Below are positions 58,342 through 64,000 of a stretch of DNA of 64,000 nt, piece by piece; the stretch's first letter is position 1, and each line of letters starts with the position of its first letter. Below the pieces are notes generated by a model. That model saw only the letters and a program-made list of their open reading frames with translations. It was not told the DNA's origin and ran no database searches. Source of the DNA: an uncultured Nitrospiraceae bacterium (GTDB taxonomy: Bacteria > Nitrospirota > Thermodesulfovibrionia > Thermodesulfovibrionales > UBA6898). Both the position numbers and the translations under genes were made by a program. The stretch covers positions 6,723 to 70,722 of the forward strand of contig CAYWRK010000012.1 in the NCBI GenBank assembly GCA_964461065.1, given 5' to 3'.

Positions 58342-58641
58342 ATGAAAAAGACTTTCAGTATTATCCTCGTGACCCTTTGCCTTTTTGTCTTTAGCGGATT
58401 TGCTTCAGCAGACTATGCTGCAGGATTGGTTGCGTATAACAAACATCAATACAGGGAATGTATCACTCAATTGGAGGCATATACGAATAGAACACCGGAC
58501 ACGGGTGCATACTACCTTATGGGATATGCAAGCTATAAACTAAGAAATTACAGTGAGGCAAAAGAATACTTCAGAAAAGCGTATCTTCTGGATCCGAACT
58601 TCAGACCTGCTTCACTTGGACTGAAGCAGCCGAGACAATAA
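58342..58641 (+). CDS. Small secreted TPR-like protein
   Basis: Signal peptide (LVTLCLFVFSGFASA) and TPR-like helices (YYLMGYASYKLRNYSEAKEYFRKAYLLDP). Confidence 0.65.
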   Translation: MKKTFSIILVTLCLFVFSGFASADYAAGLVAYNKHQYRECITQLEAYTNRTPDTGAYYLMGYASYKLRNYSEAKEYFRKAYLLDPNFRPASLGLKQPRQ

Positions 58642-58651
58642 ACCTTAGATT

Positions 58652-59092
58652 TTATTTCTTTCTTGCAGTCTGCTTGGCAATAAAAACAACGCAGTCTTCG
58701 CAGATTCGTCCTGATTCCGTATTGCAGATCATCCGGTTCAGTTCCCAGCAGGGCTTGGTCTTGTCGATATAAGCAGAGCACTTACCCTTCCGCTCGTCAG
58801 GGCAGCTGGTGATTTCCCAGCAGGGGGCGTAATCAAGAAGCTTTTTGATGCCTTCAATGCTGATTTTCTGATTATGGATAAGGTCCCTGAGGCACCGAAG
58901 CCACTTGATGTTATTCTCTGAATAAAACCTATTTTTGTTCCTGCGTGCCGGTTTGATGAGGCCATGCTTCTCATAGAGCCTGAGCGTCTGATCGGTTGTC
59001 CCGATCAACTCAGCAACAATACCGATCGGATAAAGAGGAAGGCTCTGTTTCTCTTCATCACTGAGATCTCTCTTTACTTTATCTTTTGCCAT
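58652..59092 (-). CDS. MerR-family regulator with C-terminal Cys-rich (two-CW-like) domain
   Basis: MerR HTH (YPIGIVAELIGTTDQTLRLYEKHGL). The C-terminus is CWEITSCPDERKGKCSAYIDKTKPCWEL...C...C..C. Confidence 0.8.
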   Translation of the reverse strand: MAKDKVKRDLSDEEKQSLPLYPIGIVAELIGTTDQTLRLYEKHGLIKPARRNKNRFYSENNIKWLRCLRDLIHNQKISIEGIKKLLDYAPCWEITSCPDERKGKCSAYIDKTKPCWELNRMICNTESGRICEDCVVFIAKQTARKK

Positions 59093-59225
59093 TAATATTC
59101 CTATTGTCCGTGAAGTTGGAAGGTATTCTGTTAATCACAATTATTAATACACTTTTGAAATAAAAAATGCAAGATTTTTACTTGCATTGTCATTTTTTAT
59201 GGACTTATTAAACAGTTGCAAATCC

Positions 59226-59255
59226 TTGACTTCTCCCATTTTCCTTAGGTAATAT
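59226..59255 (+). promoter_or_regulatory. Sigma70-like promoter candidate for atpBE
   Basis: TTGACT (59226-59231), an 18-nt spacer and TAATAT (59250-59255). AGGAG lies 9 nt upstream of the atpB ATG. Confidence 0.4.
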
Positions 59256-59286
59256 TACCCTACTTTTCTCCTAAGGAGATTTCTCA

Positions 59287-59973
59287 ATGCACGAAGAAAA
59301 ACTGTTGTCCGATATTTTTATAAATGTTCACGCTGTTCCTCACTATGTTTCGTATGCCTTCCTTGCATCTCTCATTCTGATAGCCACTGCTTTCCTTGTC
59401 AACAGATCCATGAAACTTGTTCCGACCGGTCTGCAGAACTTTATGGAGACAATTGCGGAAGGTGTGCTCAGTCTCTGCGAGGAGAATATTGGCCATCACT
59501 GGGCAAAGCATTTCTTTCCCCTCATAGGCACGGTTGCCCTCTATGTTGCTGTCTGCAATTTCATGGGCCTTATTCCAGGGTTCTATTCTCCGACCAGCAA
59601 TATCAATAACAATGTTGCCCTGGCTATCCCGATCTTTCTTGCAACCCATGTGTATGGTCTCAGGGTTCACGGCATCGGCTATTTCAAGCACTTCCTTGGG
59701 CCTATCCGGTCGCTCCCGGCGCTGCCGCTCATGATGCTCATATTCATTATCGAACTGATCGGCCATTTGGTCAGGCCGGTCACCCTTTCAGTCAGGCTCT
59801 TCGGCAACATGGTGGCAAAGCATATCATTCTGCTCGTGCTTGCAGGTCTTTCACCCTGGCTGGTTCCGACGCTTATCCTGGCGCTCGGCACGCTTGTCAG
59901 CGTTATCCAGGCCTTTGTTTTCACGCTGCTTACGACATTATATCTCGCTGGTGCCGTTGAAGAGGCACATTAA
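59287..59973 (+). CDS. atpB: F-type ATP synthase subunit a
   Basis: Polytopic protein with the essential Arg motif LSVRLFGNM. Confidence 0.95.
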   Translation: MHEEKLLSDIFINVHAVPHYVSYAFLASLILIATAFLVNRSMKLVPTGLQNFMETIAEGVLSLCEENIGHHWAKHFFPLIGTVALYVAVCNFMGLIPGFYSPTSNINNNVALAIPIFLATHVYGLRVHGIGYFKHFLGPIRSLPALPLMMLIFIIELIGHLVRPVTLSVRLFGNMVAKHIILLVLAGLSPWLVPTLILALGTLVSVIQAFVFTLLTTLYLAGAVEEAH

Positions 59974-60006
59974 ATCAAAGTCTTTAAGAAAGGAGGAAAG
60001 AACAAC

Positions 60007-60366
60007 ATGAAGAAAATTCTTTCTCTCGCACTGCTCACATTCGCTGTTATCTGTCTGCTCGCTCCTGTAGCTGTTTTTGCTACAGAAGCTGCTGCTCCGG
60101 CTGTTGCTCCGGCTGCAGATTCCGGTTCAGGCAAGGGGATGGCCGCACTTGCTGCAGGCATTGCGATCGGCATTGCTGCTCTCGGCACAGGCATTGGCCA
60201 GGGTATGGGTCTGAAGGGTGCTACTGAGGGTATCGCAAGAAACCCCGGAGCTTCCGGCAAGATCACCACGACTCTGATCATCGGTCTTGCCATGATCGAG
60301 TCTCTTGCGATCTATGCGCTGCTTGTCGCGCTCGGCATCCTGATCAACCAGAAGATGTTCTTTTAA
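60007..60366 (+). CDS. atpE: F-type ATP synthase subunit c with N-terminal signal-peptide-like extension
   Basis: Hairpin core GIGQGMG...ARNP...[13 protein letters not shown], preceded by about 40 extra residues ([25 protein letters not shown]...). Confidence 0.92.
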   Translation: MKKILSLALLTFAVICLLAPVAVFATEAAAPAVAPAADSGSGKGMAALAAGIAIGIAALGTGIGQGMGLKGATEGIARNPGASGKITTTLIIGLAMIESLAIYALLVALGILINQKMFF

Positions 60367-60392
60367 GAGAATCGTTACGCATCATAAATAAA

Positions 60393-60424
60393 GGCCCCGA
60401 TCGTATCGGGGCCCTTATTATTTG
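60393..60424 (+). terminator. Rho-independent terminator after atpE
   Basis: GGCCCCGA-TCGTA-TCGGGGCC is an 8-bp GC-rich stem, followed by the T-rich tail CTTATTATTTG. Confidence 0.75.
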
Positions 60425-60607
60425 TGACCGCCCCAAACTTTGTGGTAGTTTACAATATGCCCGGCAAGATGATCTCTCTTCTTATCGACGAAATGAACGG
60501 CGCTTGGAAGATCCTGCAAATGACCCCGGCAGGATGGTGAGTCTCCTTTTTTATAGGAATGCTGTACCCCCCGCTCGAATTCTGAAGTGCTGCCCTGTTT
60601 TTAATGT

Positions 60608-61666
60608 ATGAAATCAATCTGCATCATAGGCATTGCCGGGTATTCGGGATCAGGCAAGACAACACTTATTCGAAAGATTCTTCCTGAATTAAAGCGGCTG
60701 GGGCTTGCTGTCGGTATCCTCAAGCATATCCACCATAAACTAAATGTTGATAGCAAGGGAAAGGACACGGATTGTTTTTATCGTGCAGGTGCTGATTTTG
60801 TCTCTGCGCATGATGATGTCCAGGGCTTTACGCGGTACCGAAGCGTTGATATAACTTTGGCTCAACAGATCAGGAGATTTCCTGCTGCACTGGACCTGAT
60901 AATTGTCGAGGGGTATAAGGATCTCAACATGCCCGGCATCTGGCTGGAGACGAAACCCTCCGGAGGAAAACTCAAGAGATCATCGTCTGGAAACAGAGTA
61001 ACAATATTCCGAGATGATCCTGAATATTATCTCAAAGTCCTTTTTCATATACAGCGGGCGCTTGAGAGCTTCCATTCGCAACGGTCTGTTAACGCCGGAT
61101 TGCTCATCGGCGGGAAAAGCGTGCGCATGGGGGCGCCAAAATCACTTCTGAAGATGAAAGGCAGAACACTGTCAGCAAAGTCTTTTGACATGCTTTCTGC
61201 AGTTTCAGAAAAAACTGTTTTGCTCGGCTCCGGACAGATCCCGGTGAGTCTGTATGGAGCCGATCGCCTTGCCGATCTGCCTGATGTGCGCGGTCCGCTT
61301 TCCGGTATGCTCAGCGCCTTCAGATGGGTACCTGACAGTGCATGGATCATATCCTCTGTTGATATGCCGCTCATGAATAAAGAGGCGTGGAAATGGCTCC
61401 TGAGTCAGAGAAAGCCTGGTGTTTGGGCTGTGCTTCCGAAGATAAAAGGGGGCAGGGGAGTGGAGACAACGGGCTCTGTTTATGAGCCGATGATATTTGA
61501 GCATGTAGAGACCCTGGCGGCTCAGGGCATAGCGTCACTCCAGGAAATAGCAAAGCACGGGAAAGTTATTACGCCGATGGTTCCTGAAGCCCTCTGCCGT
61601 GCCTGGACCAATGTAAATACCCCAGGAGAATGGGAAGAGATCCTTTGTTCGGCAGCAGAGCCCTGA
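60608..61666 (+). CDS. MobB - MobA fusion (molybdopterin-guanine dinucleotide biosynthesis)
   Basis: N-terminal MobB Walker A (IAGYSGSGKTTL). C-terminal MobA (LLIGGKSVRMGAPKSLL, SVDMPLM). Confidence 0.85.
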   Translation: MKSICIIGIAGYSGSGKTTLIRKILPELKRLGLAVGILKHIHHKLNVDSKGKDTDCFYRAGADFVSAHDDVQGFTRYRSVDITLAQQIRRFPAALDLIIVEGYKDLNMPGIWLETKPSGGKLKRSSSGNRVTIFRDDPEYYLKVLFHIQRALESFHSQRSVNAGLLIGGKSVRMGAPKSLLKMKGRTLSAKSFDMLSAVSEKTVLLGSGQIPVSLYGADRLADLPDVRGPLSGMLSAFRWVPDSAWIISSVDMPLMNKEAWKWLLSQRKPGVWAVLPKIKGGRGVETTGSVYEPMIFEHVETLAAQGIASLQEIAKHGKVITPMVPEALCRAWTNVNTPGEWEEILCSAAEP

Positions 61667-61756
61667 TGTAATGCAAAATACTATATTATGCCCTGATAGC
61701 AAGTGCCCGCAGGTCACCTAAGGCAAATATCCTCAGCAGGAGCATTAATACTGTAT

Positions 61757-62221
61757 TTATTTCTTGTTCTCTTCTTTGTCAATATCGCGCAGCAGATCAA
61801 GGTAGTTTTTCAATATCAGCGCACGCTGTTTCACGATATCCAGCCGCTCACCGACACGCATCGTAATATACATCGTTCCCTGGAGCTTTGAATAAACCGC
61901 ATCGATCACCTTGTATTCATTGTCCCGAAACTCAAGCCATTTCTTCTGGGACGACTTCAGAACTTCTTTTTCTTCGGGATCCAGTTCTTTCATTAAGGCA
62001 TTGTAGTTTTTGTTCAGCTCCTTGTCCCACGAGTCTTGCGCTTTATAGGTACAATTCTTCATGCCTGCCGTTGACCAGTCCTTCTCGATACACTCTCCGA
62101 GCGCCCTGTCAATCGGATGCTTCTGGTTTTTGTCTGCCGACTGGCGCTCGGTCTTATCTGCTGCAGCGGCAAAAGGCTGCAACAGGAAAAGCATGATTAT
62201 TAAAATAGATACTCTTTTCAC
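61757..62221 (-). CDS. Secreted DUF1311 / LprI-like (lysozyme inhibitor family) protein
   Basis: Signal peptide. C..C...ELNKNYNALM...QKKWLEFRD pattern, typical of DUF1311. Confidence 0.7.
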   Translation of the reverse strand: MKRVSILIIMLFLLQPFAAAADKTERQSADKNQKHPIDRALGECIEKDWSTAGMKNCTYKAQDSWDKELNKNYNALMKELDPEEKEVLKSSQKKWLEFRDNEYKVIDAVYSKLQGTMYITMRVGERLDIVKQRALILKNYLDLLRDIDKEENKK

Positions 62222-62261
62222 TTCACACCTCCGGAATTTGATATCGCCATCACAATTGTCC

Positions 62262-62828
62262 TTAGCCAGGACACCAGCCGCAGCCCAGAAGAAATCTGCC
62301 TTTCGAAAGAGGAGTGAGCGCGATGGTCCTGGGACAGAGTTCCTCTACTTCACCCCGCTCGAACCGCTTCGGGTCAACTGGAAGCGGATTAACATATTTG
62401 CCGATAATAACTGCGGATTTTACTCCGGACGCAACGTCCTGCAGCCTTAGCTCACGAATGACCTGCCCGGCATCACCCTCGAATTCGGCATACACAAAAC
62501 CGTTGAAGCCTTCGGCAGGAGATGAAAATGACATCATCACAGCGGCTGCCTTTGCACCGGCGATAGAGATACCGCCTTCGACAATAATAACCCCCTGCTC
62601 ATCTATTCCCCCACCCCACCAACCCCACGAGTATGCAGCAATTCCCTGCGAAAAACCTTTATTGCCTATGCGCAGAGTTTCTCTGAATGTTTTTATCGGA
62701 TCACCTTTGCACTGGAGTGCAGACGCAAGGTTCTTCTTAACTGATTCATTGTCAAGAGCTGCGCAGGGGGACGCGTAGATTGAGACGAAAACGGCAACTA
62801 CGAGTAACGTCTTTATCAGCACGATCAA
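62262..62828 (-). CDS. Hypothetical secreted protein
   Basis: Signal peptide-like N-terminus. 4-nt overlap with the upstream gene. No motif was recognised. Confidence 0.55.
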   Translation of the reverse strand: MIVLIKTLLVVAVFVSIYASPCAALDNESVKKNLASALQCKGDPIKTFRETLRIGNKGFSQGIAAYSWGWWGGGIDEQGVIIVEGGISIAGAKAAAVMMSFSSPAEGFNGFVYAEFEGDAGQVIRELRLQDVASGVKSAVIIGKYVNPLPVDPKRFERGEVEELCPRTIALTPLSKGRFLLGCGWCPG

Positions 62829-63265
62829 AAACCTCCCGAGGATCCGCCTCCGCCGAAACTCCCGCCTCCACCCTTTGTGCCGCTGCCTGAGGAACTGCTT
62901 CTATTGTCAGAGGAACCGCCTCCCAGAATTGCATCAACCGCCATCTCAGCCGCGGCCTTGCCAATATCTTTTGCGACCTCTGTCGCGATTTCACCGCCTG
63001 AACGCTTTGAGGCAATTCCTTTCAGTATCTTATCGACTACGAATATGTAGATTAACAGAGGCAGCAGAATTCCAAAGATCGAGGCGAAGAATATCGGGTC
63101 AGTGCTGTCGCCGGCCTGAAGCGGGAACCTGCCGTCTGACTTCCGGAAGATCAGCATAAAAATCCCGCATGCAAGCGGAAGCATCGCAAGAATGGAGATA
63201 ATTCTCCATGAGAATGGAAGCCTGACTTTATCGAGTGATCTGCGCCTTTTCTTATTCTCAGTCAT
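62825..63265 (-). CDS. Hypothetical membrane protein with Gly/Ser-rich C-terminus
   Basis: Two TM helices. The C-terminal tail is GGGGSFGGGGSSGGF. Confidence 0.55.
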   Translation of the reverse strand: MTENKKRRRSLDKVRLPFSWRIISILAMLPLACGIFMLIFRKSDGRFPLQAGDSTDPIFFASIFGILLPLLIYIFVVDKILKGIASKRSGGEIATEVAKDIGKAAAEMAVDAILGGGSSDNRSSSSGSGTKGGGGSFGGGGSSGGF

Positions 63266-63368
63266 TCTTTCCTCCTTGCGTATTCCATTAATTTATATTT
63301 TATACCGCAGACTTTATTCTTTAAAACAGTATCACTGCTGTCTCTTAACCGGACAGCAGTGGCCAGAT

Positions 63369-64000
63369 CTATTTTCCTGTGCCGTGTAGCCATCGGGATT
63401 TGTTTGAGTAATCGTCAAGACCAAGTTCCATCTTGAAAGCCTCTCCTACATCACAATACTTCTGTCTGGATTTGAAAGTTTTAATGAGTTCATAGTAGTA
63501 GAGCGGATGGCCCGTCTCACCCTCCTTGTTTACGCGAAGAACATATGCGGAAAAGGTGACGATGTCTGTGGCCGCATAACCTTCACCCAGAGGACGTTCT
63601 GCAACGATGAGTCGCAGAGGCTGCTTATTGGAATCTCTCAGGAGTCTGAAATCATGAGTAAAGCAGTCTGCACCGCCGACGATAGTCAATTGAAGACGCT
63701 CTCTATCACCCGCGAACACCGGAACTATGCTCCATATCGGTTTGTTGCTTTCGCGATCGGTTGTTTTTATATACAGTGAGAGCACATTAAAACCATGGGC
63801 ATTGAAGTTCTCACGATTCGCCAGGATTGCCATGCCTTCTGATTGCTTACCGGTAATATCAATTCGCGTAATCCCATTCGAAAGATGAACAACTTTACCG
63901 GATTCTACGGCCAATTGCCCTGCAGACACATGAGCAAGCGGCATAACCTCAATACAGATGACAATACATATTGTTATCCCTCGATAGAGAAGTTTTATTC
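63369..64000 (-). CDS. Hypothetical secreted protein (5' end beyond window)
   Basis: The frame stays open upstream of the track start to the window edge (..KLLYRGITICIVICIEVMPLAHVSA, signal-peptide-like). The true start therefore probably lies outside the window. Confidence 0.55.
   Translation of the reverse strand, partial: IKLLYRGITICIVICIEVMPLAHVSAGQLAVESGKVVHLSNGITRIDITGKQSEGMAILANRENFNAHGFNVLSLYIKTTDRESNKPIWSIVPVFAGDRERLQLTIVGGADCFTHDFRLLRDSNKQPLRLIVAERPLGEGYAATDIVTFSAYVLRVNKEGETGHPLYYYELIKTFKSRQKYCDVGEAFKMELGLDDYSNKSRWLHGTGK

Noticed and set aside
60425-60607. 183-nt leader upstream of mobBA, with a 7-bp hairpin ATCCTGC...GCAGGAT (60511-60535), considered as a Moco riboswitch
   Set aside because: I could not recognise the conserved Moco-motif elements by eye. 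This would need a covariance-model scan, so no call was made.

Overview
Dense bacterial chromosomal window of about 60 genes on both strands, roughly 50% GC by eye. There is no rRNA, CRISPR array, transposase or integrase. The gene content suggests an anaerobic diderm bacterium, possibly Nitrospirota- or Desulfobacterota-like; this is inference only.

Housekeeping genes make up most of the window: ribF, ispDF, htrA, serA, purA, bioA, hemA, hemC, topA, dprA, argG, fur-feoB, PBP1A, atpBE, mobBA and tRNA-Leu(CAA).

Several less ordinary loci are interspersed:
- **Signalling operon, 1-7.5 kb.** A tightly coupled operon links a CheA-REC kinase, a REC-PP2C phosphatase, an RsbW/RsbV-type partner switch with no sigma factor, an orphan PilB/GspE ATPase and an HPt-REC-REC-GGDEF cyclase.
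- **CysE-CysS, 10.2-12.4 kb.** Serine acetyltransferase is fused in frame to cysteinyl-tRNA synthetase.
- **PilZ gene, 20.3 kb.** Its c-di-GMP-binding motif lies upstream of any canonical start codon and abuts the purA stop.
- **Envelope cluster, 23-27 kb.** It encodes a PAP2 phosphatase fused to a GT-C glycosyltransferase, a GT2 enzyme and a flippase-like protein.
- **DsbC/G paralogues, 29-31 kb.** The first has an in-frame TGA exactly at the first Cys of CxxC, followed by a hairpin, so it is a predicted selenoprotein.
- **Accessory islet, 31-33 kb.** It holds toxin-antitoxin modules. A vapBC pair is bracketed by a duplicated gene 3' end.
- **Type IV pilus tip and minor-pilin operon, 33.4-44.9 kb.** It has a sigma54-type promoter and a 2018-aa PilY1-like protein with a PA14 insert and repeated Cys modules. 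An AbiE-type TA pair is inserted in it, and a G10 tract sits just before a duplicated FimT-like pilin.

All functional calls come from motif recognition by eye in the supplied translations. No database search was run.
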